Source: Lama guanicoe (lineage: Eukaryota). From it: a stretch of DNA of 64,000 bases. The notes beneath the pieces were generated by a model. That model saw only the letters and a program-made list of their open reading frames with translations. It made no database searches and had not been told where the DNA came from. Where the stretch lies: the NCBI GenBank assembly GCA_013239625.1, contig MU053472.1:248001-312000 (forward strand). Reading direction: 5' to 3'. A program made the position numbers and the translations under genes. Positions 1 to 12,535 of this stretch are shown here, piece after piece (position 1 is the first letter of the stretch; each line of letters opens with the position of its first letter).

Positions 1-236
1 GACATACTTTAATCATAATCAGTGCCTTTTAAAAATTGATTGAATTTATCATCCCTTTGGGTTACCTCTGTTAGTCTACCTTGTATATTAAAGTGGATAC
101 AGTGTCACTGGAAACTGGAAACTGGATAAAAGAAATGAATTTTGTGACCAAGAATCTAAACTAGTTTTAGCTTTAGCTCTTTTAAACTAAGTTGCACTTA
201 GTTCAATTCTTTTTTCTCTTACTTTGTAACTTGCAG

Positions 237-329
237 CAAACAAAAGAAAAAGATGATTAAGAAGCCTTTGGAGAGAGAGAGCATTAGTACAACTCCAAAA
301 TATTTTTTAGAAAAAGCTAAGGATACACA
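237..329 (+). CDS. DDX52: DDX52 (DEAD-box helicase, ROK1-like) penultimate coding exon
   Basis: ttgcag|caaa...gatacaca|gtaagt. Translates [30 protein letters not shown](Q), which matches the recalled DDX52 C-terminus. DDX52 is the known neighbour of SYNRG. Confidence 0.9.
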
Positions 330-2124
330 GTAAGTATATGGGGAAAGGGACTGTCTGGCTCGGTCGTGTAGTTATAGTAGGCATTATGTTCCCATGGGCT
401 AAATTTTTAGAAGTGGAACTGATAGGTCTACAGTCCATTATAAAATGTAATAAAAGTAATATATCTTTGGTTGCCTATGATTTGGAAGCTTGGAATTCTT
501 CTGTATGTGCATATTAGCGATTTGTTTTTCTCCATCTTTGAAAATATGGTTTCAGTTCACTGTGAATTAGAGTTGCACTGTCCACCATCTCCACACAGCC
601 TGCACCTGAGCATACTCCTGTGGCTGGTAGTTAGGACTTCTGACTCCCGCTGATGGGATCTTCCTTGAAGCCCCACATTCTGGGTAGGGTTTCATTAAGA
701 CCTTAGGCTTATGCAGAAGCACATTGTAACACCTCTGAACAGTACGACTTGGGTAAATTTTAGTGTTTTAGCTGAGTTTTTGAGGACTTTAAGGCATAGA
801 TTTTTTAACATCCACACAGGACTACCTTTTTTGCCTGTCACTCCCAGGAAGCTACCTGATTTGATAGGGGTAAGCTAAAATATTCTGAGCAGTACTATTC
901 TCTCTGCTATTTAAGGAAAATGACACTCTTCAAATTCTGTCAGTACCGGTTAATATATAACACATACAATGTGTTAGGCATTTACCAAGTCCTGTTGACC
1001 TGCCAGGTACTTGATGGTAGTAAGGTGTATGAATGGATGTAAAATGAGACCCCTCTCCTGAAGCTGGGGAAAGGAGATTAATGCACATGAAAAAAATGTA
1101 GAGAATAACTTCTAAATAAAATAGAAGTTTAGAGAAGGGAAACATCATTATGGATTGGTGTAGTTCCAGAAAGTTTCAAGGCGGCAGAACTGTCTTCAAG
1201 GATAGGTGACGTTCAGGCATGTAGAAGGAATGAGGTGGAGAAAGGCGAGAAGACTGGAGTGTGCTTTCTTTCCGAGTGAGAGTCTGCCTGACAATTCACA
1301 TTGACTATGGGAAGTCATGTTCAGCCCAGGTACATAGAGTGTGCAGAGTGGTTTTAAACTTTAATAACTTGGGGAGAAAAAAATGTGGCAAACGTATACA
1401 GTTGTATCATTTGAAAGTTATTTTAATGTCATTGTTCTTTTGTGCATTCTTAATACATGTTTTAATTTCAATTCTTTGTGGTAACAGTTCCTGAGTGACA
1501 CGAAGGTTCTCTGCTTGGTCACCTTCCCTGTCTCATTTGACTTTTTCTTGTGGTGGGCCGCTTCAGAATTGTGGCACTGCATCAGAACCTCATTCTTTGG
1601 GTGATCTTAAAGCTTATGATTAGAAGTGCAGTCCTTTCAGGCAGTGAGCAGCAGCTGATGAAAGTTTTTACGAAGGTCCAAAATCAACTAGAGCATAAGA
1701 TCGTGGCTATGTTGAATTTTAATAAGAAATATTGATATTTTAGGTAATTACACTCTAATTGTTGATTTTTGTAAGTTTGTGGCTTTTATGCTCTGAGGTT
1801 ATTGAAACTTAAAGTTGCACAAAGACTGAGGACACTTGGTATAAACCTTGTCACTGGTTCCCTGCTTAAAGATGCTTTGGTTGACTCTCCATTATCTTAT
1901 CATTTAAAGGCTGTACTTCTTAACATAGCTACAAACAAGACCTGATTTGACTCTGTCTTACTTTTCCACTATAGATGTTTTAATGATGTTACCCACATCT
2001 GTGGCCTCAGCTCTATGCTGATAACTCTTAATCCGTATCTTCCGGCCCAGCTTCTTAGCTGAGCTATAAACCTGAATCCTGTTGCCCAGTGGACCTCAGT
2101 TCAGGCACTGCAAACTCAACCAGC

Positions 2125-2340
2125 TGTAGTGGGAGGTGGGGGGATTGGATTCGGAGTCAGAAGAACTGGCTCTCATACCACCTTTTCCTGTGTGATTTTG
2201 GACAAGTCACTTCACCTCTCTTAAGCCCCTTTCCCCTGATATATAATAGGAATAGTTATATAAATAATACCAACTCTGCCACTCAAGGTTGGTTGAGGAG
2301 TAAATGAGTTAATATACCTCCAAGAACTTTGTAGTACTAT
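2125..2340 (+). mobile_element. MIR SINE (degenerate)
   Basis: ggagtcagaagaactgg...tgtgtgattttggacaagtcacttcacctctc...gttgaggagtaaatgagttaata matches the MIR core. Boundaries approximate. Confidence 0.7.
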
Positions 2341-2419
2341 ACAATAGTCTGTACATATTGATTATTTTCTCAAAACTTTTTTCCTTTTCCTGTGTTAACA
2401 CTTAGCTGATTCACCAGAC

Positions 2420-2610
2420 TCTAAAATCAGACTGTCAAAAGTTCATGTCTAACATTTATTAGCAAGTTGCTCAACCACTCTACCTCATTTTCCTCATCTG
2501 TAAAATGAGGATAATAATAGAATCGTTTTCATAAGTTAGGAAGATGACCTAAGTTGATACATGTAAAGCACTTACAGCAGCATCTAGCACTTGATGTGAA
2601 CTCTTATTAT
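2420..2610 (+). mobile_element. MIR SINE fragment
   Basis: cctcattttcctcatctgtaaaatgaggataataatag...tgtaaagcactta is the MIR core. Confidence 0.7.
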
Positions 2611-2881
2611 TAGGCCAGGACCAGAATGTGTCTTTTATGGCATGTTGTAGTGAAGTTTGTTGTGATGTTTCTATCTCACTTAAGTGTTCATGATTTTCTT
2701 TAGAAAGACCATGTCTAAAGCATCTTTGTGTTCCTAGTGCCTCATATACTTGATTATATGGTAGATTTCAGTAAATATTTATTACACTGGTGGAGTTTTG
2801 GAGAGTACCTATATCTAAAATTTCTTTCTTTTTTTTTTTTTAACTAAAATTTCTAATTCAACTTTCCTTTCATTGTCACAG

Positions 2882-2939
2882 GAAAAAGGTCACTGGTCAG
2901 AAGAGCAAGAAGAAAGTAGCTCCTGAGGACAAAAGTTAA
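2882..2939 (+). CDS. DDX52: DDX52 last coding exon to stop codon
   Basis: Pyrimidine tract + cacag acceptor. Phase-2 join gives (Q)KKVTGQKSKKKVAPEDKS*, with TAA at 2937-2939. Confidence 0.9.
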
Positions 2940-3990
2940 AAACAGACTTTCAAAAAGACTGTCTCACAAATGTAATTTTATGATTCCAGTATGAATGTTG
3001 TTTTCATGGAATACATCATCTTATAATCACCTGTACCAAACATTTGAAATGAACCACAAGAACACCGGACTGGTGAAAAATGATCCTAAATTATCAGTGC
3101 ATCATGTCAAGTTCAGTTTGTAGGTCATTTTTAAGTGATTATACAATAGAAATAACATTCATTGAAATTTGTGTGGTTTGAATCCAGAGAGATACTTCTT
3201 ATAGAAGAACAAATGCTTATGCTAAAAATAACAGCACCCAAATGTGGTGAACTCATGGATTTTTCCCTTCAAGTGTGAAGGAAGGTGTCATGAACGCTGT
3301 GGAGAGGCATCTGGAACCACATTTCAAAGTAAAGCTTTGCGATTGAATGCCCCTTCCCACTTGCTTTTTTTTCCCTCCTCCTTTCTTCCTTCCTTCCTTT
3401 CTTTTTTGGTTTGTTGGTTTGTTGGTTTTTTTGGATGGACAAGAAGCAGCATGGGCTGTCTAACAAGAATAAACCTACTGCTCAATTATTTCACTTTTTC
3501 TTAATTTGTTGGTGGCCTTTTGTGGTATGAGCCACAACGAAATGCCTCTTAGGTGGCTGGCTATTCAAGTTCCCTAGGATTTTAAATTCTTTGGTCTATT
3601 AAATATCTTATCCCTCACTGGTAACATAGCTCATACTGTACCTGTCATAATATTGCAACTATAAGATTATGGTCAGCCTCTCCTTTTCTTCATTTTCTGT
3701 CATTTAACCATGTTCTTTCCTGTCTCTTTCCGTTCGAGATGACTTTGCTCAAAAACTGATAAACATTTTATCCTGATAAGGAAGAATGTTCCTGTTACTT
3801 GATATACCTCTGGCCCCATTCTCTTACAGCTGATCTTTCCTGAGGCTTTATGGCCCTTCATCCTTTAGTACACAGGTCTCTGCCAAAGGTACAGGATTAT
3901 GATTATACAGTGATGGAGACTATTCACTATTAGCAGATTTTTCTCAGTTGCTAGTTTTGTACAGTGGAATAAAACAACAACTTCATACCT
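2940..3990 (+). other. DDX52: DDX52 3' UTR with candidate poly(A) signals (end uncertain)
   Basis: AATAAA at 3468-3473 followed by U/GU-rich sequence. A second AATAAA lies at 3968-3973. Confidence 0.5.
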
Positions 3991-4954
3991 GTAAGTTACT
4001 TGGAATGGTACCTAACAGGAATGTTACTTATTATCATACTGTAATACTATATAGATAACCTTTTCTCAGCAGCACTTGAATTAAACTTATTTATTTACTT
4101 TAGTCTCAGTCTTTTATTCTCGAGTCAGGACAGGTAGACTCCAACTTAAATATTTTAGATAGGACAAAAATTGGTCATCTTCAGAATTTATGTAAATAGA
4201 GACCTCTTGCTGCAAGGTGCAAGAAATACAAGCCTGTGATTTGTTTGTTTGTACTTGCAAACACATCCTTGACTCAAAATATATTCTGGACTTCTGTGTA
4301 CTGGTACTACCCATTGACCAGTTGTTTGAATAAGTTTTTTCATTTCTCAGAGGTTCAGTTTTTTCATTTGTGAAACTGATGGTAATACCAACTATGTCTC
4401 AAGATTAGAAGTACCTAGCACTGTGCCTGACATGTTATAACTTCTCTTTAAACAAACATTATGTATTTGGTTAGGAATAAAAGGCTTGATAACATAGTCT
4501 GTGCCCTTACAGTGTAATTAGTGTTGAGGATAAAGTAAAGGAACAAAGAATGTAGTAAATGCTGTTAAACATAAAGCCACGATGCTGAAGCGTCACAGGA
4601 GAGCATCTAACCTGGACTGGAAATGTCATGGAAGGCTGACATCCTGGGTCTTACAGATGTAACAGTTAATAAGTAAAGGAAAACAAAGTACTCCAGGCAG
4701 AAACAAAAATCATGTCTTCTGTGATCTTTGATATACTCCTTTCATTTGGCTTTTTCCGTCTTGTTCTCAGTATTTTCTTCTGTGTAACCACCCATCCTTA
4801 AAGTGGCTACAAAAACCTGTATCAATTTGGTTTGTTAATGGATTAATACTGAATTTAGTATATCAGTTTATATCAATTGGAACATCCGCTACACAGTCTC
4901 TTCTAAAGAGGGGGAGGAATGAAATTAGTGGACAATTATGATAAAGTGATAAAT

Positions 4955-5165
4955 AGCTGGCTTTAGTTGAAATGAGCAAGGACTTTGAAGTCAAACATCT
5001 GGATTTGGATCCTGGTCCTGCTGCTTTGCAGCTGTGTGAGCTGGGTAAATTACAGTTTCTTGTAATCGGGGTTTTCTTATCTGAAATGCCAACAGTAACT
5101 CTTAGGAACATTAAGGATTTGAAAAAATATAGTAAAGTTCCCGACCAGTGATTTGTGCCCAATAA
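4955..5165 (+). mobile_element. MIR SINE fragment
   Basis: ggactttgaagtcaaacatctggatttggatcctgg...gctgtgtgagctgggtaaatt...cttatctgaaatg. Confidence 0.55.
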
Positions 5166-5679
5166 ACAATAACGTCAAATTGTTTCCTTGTAAAAGCCCT
5201 AAAAGCAAGACTAAAAGATAAAGCTAATTAGAATCTGTTACTTGCTAGTAAACAAACTCTACTTGAGGGGTTGAAAAAGTCTACATTCAACTTTTACGTT
5301 TACTTACAGTAGTTTGGGGGGCGGGGAATCACAGTAAAAATATGGCTAGATAGATTCAGAGCAATGAACCGCTTCCACACACTGTTTTGGCTCTGATTGC
5401 GAATGTAGGAAAAACAAGGATTATCAGGTGGCTAAATACCTTCAGCTTTTTTGGGTGCGTACCAAAAGGAAGCTGCCGAGTTCCACGGAAAAAGTAGAGC
5501 TTATTACTAGCGCTGTGAAGCTATCAAAGGGGCATTTTGGATCCATCTATTCCTTGTGTAGAGAGTAACAACAACAACAAAAAAGCACCCGTGTACCCAC
5601 CATCCAGTTTAAGAAAAAAAAACAAGACAAGCTACTCTTTTCACTAAACCAAGATGATGGTTTTTCAATCTGAGCAACG

Positions 5680-6490
5680 ACGACGCCTAGCAGCTCGCCG
5701 GCCAGCTGGGCCCTCCACAGAGCCTTGCGGGAGAATGAATCAGCTTCCCTGGAGCGGGGCGCAAACAGCCGTACCAGACCCAGAACGAGAATTGCACCTT
5801 GCGGGCCCCGCGGCGGCAGCCGGGTCACGTGACGTGGGCGCGCGGCTCCTCCCCCGCGCGCGGGGCGTCACGTGGGCGCGCGGCCCCGCCCCGTCTCCCA
5901 GTCGGCGGCGAGGTGGGGCCCGGCGTTTGCCCCGGAAGTGGCTCTCCTGACAGCTGCTGGGGAGGCGGTGGCGGCGGCAGGCCCGGAGCAAGATGGCGCT
6001 GCGGCCGGGAACGGGAGCCGGAGGCGGCGGGGCCGCGGGAGCTGGCGCGGGGGCCGCAGGAGGAGGCAGGTGGGTGCGAAGAGCTGGGCCGGGACGCGCC
6101 TCGCAGACGCAGGGCTGGCCCCGCACGGGCGACGGGTGGTCGGCTGTTAGGGCCGTTTTCGCCCGCGCCGACCCCTTTTCCCCTGGAACTGGGCTGCGGG
6201 AGGAGAAGAGTCGTCCTCCGGGGACCTAGGCCGAAGGGACAGACGGAGCCTGGGCGCCCGACTCCGGTCTTCCAGGCTCGGGGGCGCTGGCTGCTGGGGC
6301 TGAGCGGGGAGGAAAGGAGGGGGAGGCGAGGGTCCCGTCGGCCGGGCTGGATAAAGGAGGAACCCCGAGGCCTTGCTTTTAAACCCTGGCTGGGTCTGAA
6401 ACGACCAGAGATTTGACCAGGGTTTGACTAGGGGCTCTGGAAAATCTGTTCACAGAGCTGGAAAAGTATTTCCAAGGTGCGCGCGTGTGT
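5680..6490 (+). promoter_or_regulatory. SYNRG: CpG island / SYNRG promoter and exon 1
   Basis: Very high GC and CpG density. Motifs: GTCACGTGAC 5824-5833, GTCACGTG 5867-5874, GC box ccccgcccc 5884-5892, ETS ccggaagtg 5932-5940, YY1-like caagatggcg over the ATG. No TATA box. Confidence 0.9.
5993..6069 (+). CDS. SYNRG: SYNRG exon 1 (coding part)
   Basis: Strong Kozak aagATGg. MALRPGTGAGGGGAAGAGAGAAGGG. Donor ag|gtgggt. Confidence 0.95.
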
Positions 6491-8779
6491 GTATACACTA
6501 TCTTTCTCCTCTTACAGTGTCCTGTCCTTTTCAGTTATTTCCTTAACACGCGAGAAGCAGCAGGAAAATTTGAAGTCTTTTGAATTAGTAAATAGCGTTC
6601 TTGTAAAGGTAACTCTTAACACTTGCCTCCTTATTAAAGAATAATTGACTGTTAAACAGCACGTACGCAGTTTTATCAGAACAAAGCTTCCAGACTTTTA
6701 CTTAGCCTTGAAACAAATTTACTCCCTGTCATATTTCAGCTACAAATTGCCAGGGGTTCTCCTACCCAGAACGATAAAAGAAATGAACATTTGCAACTTG
6801 ACAGGTTCATCGTTTAAGGAAATACTTGATAACGGGAAGTTTTCATCCCACTTGTGTAATGACTTAGTCTGATTGTGTTTTGCTAGCCAACCCGTTGTGT
6901 ATATACATTTGGAGATAATTTTAGCTTTTTATCTTCAGCATCCTAAATTATTTTTGGAAAACGAAGTGTTAGTTTTTTGATACGCAGTGTTTTAATTTTA
7001 GACTCGTGAACACTACAAAAGTGTGAAGTCTTTGAAGTCATCACCTCCTGCAGATGCTTATATGTATGGTAGGGCAAAAAACAGTCGCTTTTTCAATAAA
7101 CCACCTGTGTGCAACCCCATTTTTCATTTTCTCTCCACATCTTTCACTTTAGATTTAAAACTGTTTTCTTTCTCTTTTGTTTTCTGATTTCTACTGTTTT
7201 ATTAGTTTGACATATAAGTCAGTTTCTGGTCAGAGGAGACATGTAATCTCTTTGTGACTGTGATGACAGTTTCTAAAATGTTCTCGAGTGGCATTAATTT
7301 GATCAAGTATGTGATTAATCATGGCACGAAGTTCTGGGAAGATACAAACTTAAAAGAATTTGGCGTTCTAGGCCCAGGTTTTTTGGGTATTTGGTGTTGT
7401 TTGGGTTTGAATTTTTTGGTTTTATTTCAGGTGGGGAGGACCTTGGGTGCAGAAAATTGAGTGGATCATTCCCCTTAGTTTATAGTATTTTAACATCATT
7501 GGTCCATGGACACAATTTTTTTTACAAAGATAGCCTGAATTGTGATAGAAATTAGAATGACTAACTTTAAATTTTCTTTCATCTTTAAAATTTAGTTTTA
7601 GTAACATTGCATTCTTTAACTCTAGAGGGTATGTAGGAGAGAAAAATCATCCTTACCTTGAAAAATGTACGGTAATTGTTACTTACATTGGAAACTTTCT
7701 GAGGCCGAGAAGCTGTACGCTCAATAAAGAAAAAATACGGTTTTTAGAGAGCAGTGGTGCTGGCTGAGGTTATTTTATAAGGAAGCTAACATTATGGTTG
7801 GTAGCCTAAGTATATTGTAGGGAAAAAGAAAAAGAACCAGGCACCTCTTATCTTTTAATCGAGAAAATCCATGAACTATAATTTACCGTATTTCTTAGAT
7901 ACTTGTCTCGGTTCTAAGAGACTACTAAACAAAAAGCATTGGCATTTGCCAACTTTATTAATGTTAGCCTACTTTTGATTGGTATCCTAAATGGGCTACT
8001 TTAGAGTAAATGGTAGACTTGTATGTAAAAGGCACAATTTACCCAAAAGATGAGAAGTATAATTTTTTTTTAAGTTAAGTATGGCAGGAAAAAAACAATT
8101 GAAAGATCTTAATTAATATGTATCCTTCTGGAATAGTACCCTTGGTGAACTTGTCCATTTTTTTTTTTCTGCTCCTGTAAGCTCCTTAAGGGCCTCCTCA
8201 TCTTTTTCTCTTCCACTGCTTCTAGCACATTCTATACATAGAAAACCTTCTGTAAATATTTGTGGATTCAAGCAACATTGAAGGCAAAGAAGAGATATTT
8301 CAGCTGGGCCTCATTTCCAGGAAGAGGAAGGGGTCAAGAGATTATCATGGAGAAGGGAAGGCCTAGTGAACACTAGGGAGTAGCAGGTAGGCCAGGTGGA
8401 CTGTGGCACTGATGGGAGAGAAGAGTCTTATGAAATAAAACTGAAAAAGTTGTGTTAAAAGTGGAGAGAGGGACTTGAATATAAACTGAGGAAATTCAAT
8501 TTAGGGAGGAATCTGACGTTATTTTAATCCTGGGAGTAGCCTCATCAAGTGGTCCTTCAGGGAGATGCTGCCCGCCTGTGCTGCAGGAGCTGCATGGGAA
8601 GCCGTACAGCCTGCAGGTGGGGAAATGCGGTAGGAAGCGTGTTGCTGTTACCGGTCTACTAAACGTTTCAGAGAATCGTATGACTGGTACATAGGTCAGT
8701 AGGTAGTTTGGGTTGCTAAATAATTACTGGTAATTATTGATGTAGACCATTCTCCTGATCTGGAGTTACTTTTCTGATT

Positions 8780-9165
8780 GCCTGTTAGATTGCTCTTCAT
8801 GAACACACTCCTACCACCTGTCTTCCCAGACCTGCTCACATTGGGTTCCTGTTTTCAGTAAACAGCGTCACAGTCCTTGCAGTTGCTCAGGCTCAAAATT
8901 TCAGCATCATCTTCAACTCTTTCTGCTCTTTGAGTACTGTTCTCCCACCTGGCAGTTGCCAGGTCCTGTTGATTCTTCCTTTTAAATAGCTCATTCATCT
9001 CTTTTTTTTTTTTCCCATTCCCATTACTCTGGTGATGGCCCTTTTCATTTCTTATGGAGATGATTTTGATAGTTTCTTAGCTGGCTCTTTTTACTTCAAG
9101 CTTTCCCTGAGATACCCCATTACCAGAGAAACCTAAAGCGCATTTCTGATCATTTCACTGCTTAA
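8780..9165 (+). mobile_element. L2 LINE fragment, interrupted by the L1 at ~9175 and resuming ~9916-10285
   Basis: cagttgctcaggctcaaaa...catcatcttcaactct...gccaggtcctgttgattct is typical of L2. Boundaries approximate. Confidence 0.5.
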
Positions 9166-9174
9166 AACTCTGAC

Positions 9175-9906
9175 ATTAGGGAAGTGTAGAGCTCAATCAC
9201 AATGAAATAGCACTTCACCCTTTTAGGATAACTATCAACTAAAAAAAGAAGTGTTTGAGAGGATGTGGAGAAATTGAAACCCTTGTGCATTCCTTGTGGG
9301 AATGTAAAATGGTGCAGCTGCTGTTTTTCAAGAAGAATTGCTATATGACCCAGCAAGCAATTCCACTCCTATGTATATACCCAAAAGAACTGAAAGAGGG
9401 ACTCAAACAAATACTTGTAACCAATGTTCATATCAGCATCATTCACAATAGCCAAAAGGTAGAGAAATAGCCCAACTGTCCATCAACAGATTAAAGGATA
9501 AGCAGAATATGGTACGTACATATGATGGAGTACTATTCAGCCATGAAAAGGAGTGAAATTCTGACACATGCCACAACATGATGAAAATGTTAATGCTGTG
9601 TGAAATAAATCAGATACAAAAGGACAAGAATTATATGATTCCAGTTAATATAAGGTAGCTAGAATAGCAAATTGATTGAGCCAGAAAGTAAAATAGTGGC
9701 TAGCAGGGGTTGGGGGGAGAAAGTAATGGGGAGTCATTGGTTAATGGGTACAGAGTTTCTATTTGTGATGATGAAAAACTTCTGGAAATGGATCATGGTG
9801 ATGGTTGTACAACATTGTGGATGTACTTAATGCCACTGAATTGTACACTTAAAGATGGTTAAAATGGTAAAATTTTATATTATGTATATTTTACTACAAC
9901 TAAAAG
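9175..9906 (+). mobile_element. L1 (L1MB-like) 3' fragment
   Basis: ORF2-end and 3'UTR motifs (gaggatgtggagaaattgaaaccc, gatcatggtgatggttgtacaaca, gtacttaatgccactgaattgtacactt). Flanked by the direct repeat aactctgac at 9166-9174 and 9907-9915. Confidence 0.85.
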
Positions 9907-10591
9907 AACTCTGACGTCATATAATACTCAAAATCAAACACTTTAAAGGCCCTCTACAATTTGCTTATTTTTCCAAACCTAAATCTTGTATTCAACCTTA
10001 AATCATTTCTCTGAACACACCTACAGCTCTGGCCTCTGAGCTTTTGCTCAGGCTATATGGTGTGCCTCTCTTTAAGATTCAGCTTAGAAGATATCTCCAC
10101 AACACTTTCCAAGTACAGCCCATCACATTAAGTTTTTTCTTCTCACGTCTGTTAGTGTTCTGGACCTCTCGCAGCACTTAGCACGTCCTGTCCTGTGTTA
10201 AAACCTGCATCTGTGTCTTCCACAAGACTCTGAGCTAATTCATTCCTTTCCTGTAGTAGGCACCCAATAAATACCGAACTGAATCTAATCCAGCCCTTTC
10301 GTTTTGTGGATGGGGAGATTGGAATCCAGAGAAGTCACACCGTGACAGAACCAGGACTAGTTTCAAGGTCTTCTGTCTTCTAGTTCAGAAATTTCCCCCC
10401 GGCACTGACATGCTGACGATCATGCGTCCTGTGGATGGTCAGTCTGTACTGGTGCTGGATAATTCAGTATTGGACTGCAGAACAAATGCCAGGGCCCTGA
10501 CTATACTTCTTTCATTTGTGTAGAATATTACCTGTTTTATCTGAAACCTTTGTACACCTGAAGACTCTGATATATTTTGTTCTGCTTTCAG

Positions 10592-10632
10592 CTTTATGTT
10601 TCCGGTTGCAGGTGGAATAAGACCCCCTCAAG
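10592..10632 (+). CDS. SYNRG: SYNRG exon 2
   Basis: ttcag|cttt...caag|gtatgt. (S)FMFPVAGGIRPPQ, 41 nt. Confidence 0.95.
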
Positions 10633-12144
10633 GTATGTGAAAGCTTGAGTTTTTAACTTTCATTTTTCACTGTTACGTTTCTGAACTTGGGGACTAAGTG
10701 GGTAAAAAAGTTCTCTTGCTGCCATATACAGTAAAATTTTCTTACAGCCTTAAACCTGTATGAAAGCTACTCTTAAAATTTCTCAAAAATTGTGTAATTT
10801 GAGGAATAGTAATGATCATTTCTCATCTCCCAAACTTACAAACCTTGTGTTGACAGATTGTTACTTAACCTCAGAGATGAAGGAGACTTTCAGGGTTAAA
10901 AGAGCAGTAAAGAACAGGTGACAAAAATGAAAAGAGTTGTAGTTCTCTGAATGCCATCTTTCTCCTGTCTGTCTGCTAGATTGTTACTCGATAGGGCGGG
11001 GGCTGTGTCTGCCTTAACGCTCATCAGTATCCCTAGTACCCTGCATGCGGATAGAAGATAATAGGGCCTCTGTGGATGCTTGTTGAATGAATAAATGAAC
11101 CTCTTTGGTTATTTTATACTTATGTTTTCTCTGTGTGAATTCGGTTTACCATAATCATGTACATAGGAGATCATATAGTCTGATACAGTTTAAACTATTT
11201 TAAGTCCGAGTATTATTCGTAGCAGTTTCTCCACTAGGTATATCCCTTCTCTCTTGGTTTCAGACAAGGACCCACCAGTATCAGTTCTAGCTTTGTCTTC
11301 AGGGAAACAGTAGCAAAGGGGTATAATCTTGACTCGTGCTGCTGTGCCCGGGGGACACAACATTGAAGGAAGAATTTGTCTGCCCTTCTCTTCTTTCTGC
11401 TCACTTCTCCCCCTCCAGTGTACCCCCTCCCCGCCACAGGCCAAGCTGCTCTGAAAACTGGCCCTTCTCACACAGCCAGTGTTGACTGGCTATGGTAGAC
11501 TTGCTGGAGAAACAGAGACTCCTAGGTCACCACAGGGATGGATGATAAGGAGCGGCTCAGTAGCAGATGGTCAGTGTCTCCATCTGTAATCAGTGATGGA
11601 GGTTGAGTTTCAGGTAAATTTTTCCAAGGGTCAGATGCATTCTTTTCATCGTGCTGTATTTATATATTATTTAAGCTATCTGTAATTAGATGTGTCCTAG
11701 ATTTAGATCAAATGGTTTGAGATGTTCTTTAGGAGGGCATTACAGTGTTTCGTGTTCATTATTGTGGCTTGTTGTTTTGCATTTTTACAAACTTTCAAGT
11801 GCAAATCTACATTTTGAGCAAAGGAACAGGACAAGAAGAGAACCCAAAAGATACTGTTTCTTCTGGAATTTGGAATTGTTTTTGAGATTTTTTTTTTCAC
11901 AATGTAAGAGTGGGATTTTTGATCATTTAAATTATGCAGTTATTATTTCTGAAAGCATTCATAAGGAACTGACGGGAAGAATGGCCACAAGATCATAAGT
12001 AGGTGAACAGGACACAGGAGAGAAACAAGAGTTATTTTTCATTGTGTGTGCTTTCATACCCTTAAGTGTTGTACCAGATCTTTAAGTTATCCATTCAAGA
12101 ATTAAATAAAATTATGAAAATAGATAAGTCCTTAGGGTCACAGG

Positions 12145-12535
12145 CCCTAAGAGAAAGAACATCTTACTATGCTACATTCACTCTGCATTCTAATTCTCCA
12201 TGACACCTCAAGGCCTTCGCATTTGGTGTTCCTTTGTCTAGAATACTCTTCCCACATTTCCACATGGCACACTCCCTCATGTCCTTCAGGTTCTTGCTTA
12301 AATGCCACCCTATTAGTGAAACCTTTTCTGCTGTGAAATAGCAACCACTCCTTTCCCTGGCTCTCCCTTTCCCCGATCTCTACCTGACATCCACTGATTT
12401 TTTTAATTCTCTGTCTCCCCCAGTTACATTGTAAATTCCGTATGAGCAAAAACCGGTTTTGTTCACTGCTGTGTCCCTAGAATGGTATGTGACATGAAGC
12501 ATTTGAATAAGTAATTGAATGAATAAATGAATAGC
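12145..12535 (+). mobile_element. L2 LINE 3' fragment
   Basis: Ends in ttgttcactgctgtgtccctag...ttgaatgaataaatgaat, the typical L2 tail. Confidence 0.65.

Noticed and set aside
3500..3870. Possible old LTR in the DDX52 3' region
   Set aside because: Vague resemblance only; no termini or TSD could be defined.
5547..6416. Several overlapping ORFs up to 205 aa
   Set aside because: Stop-poor GC-rich CpG island. Only 5993-6069 splices into SYNRG.
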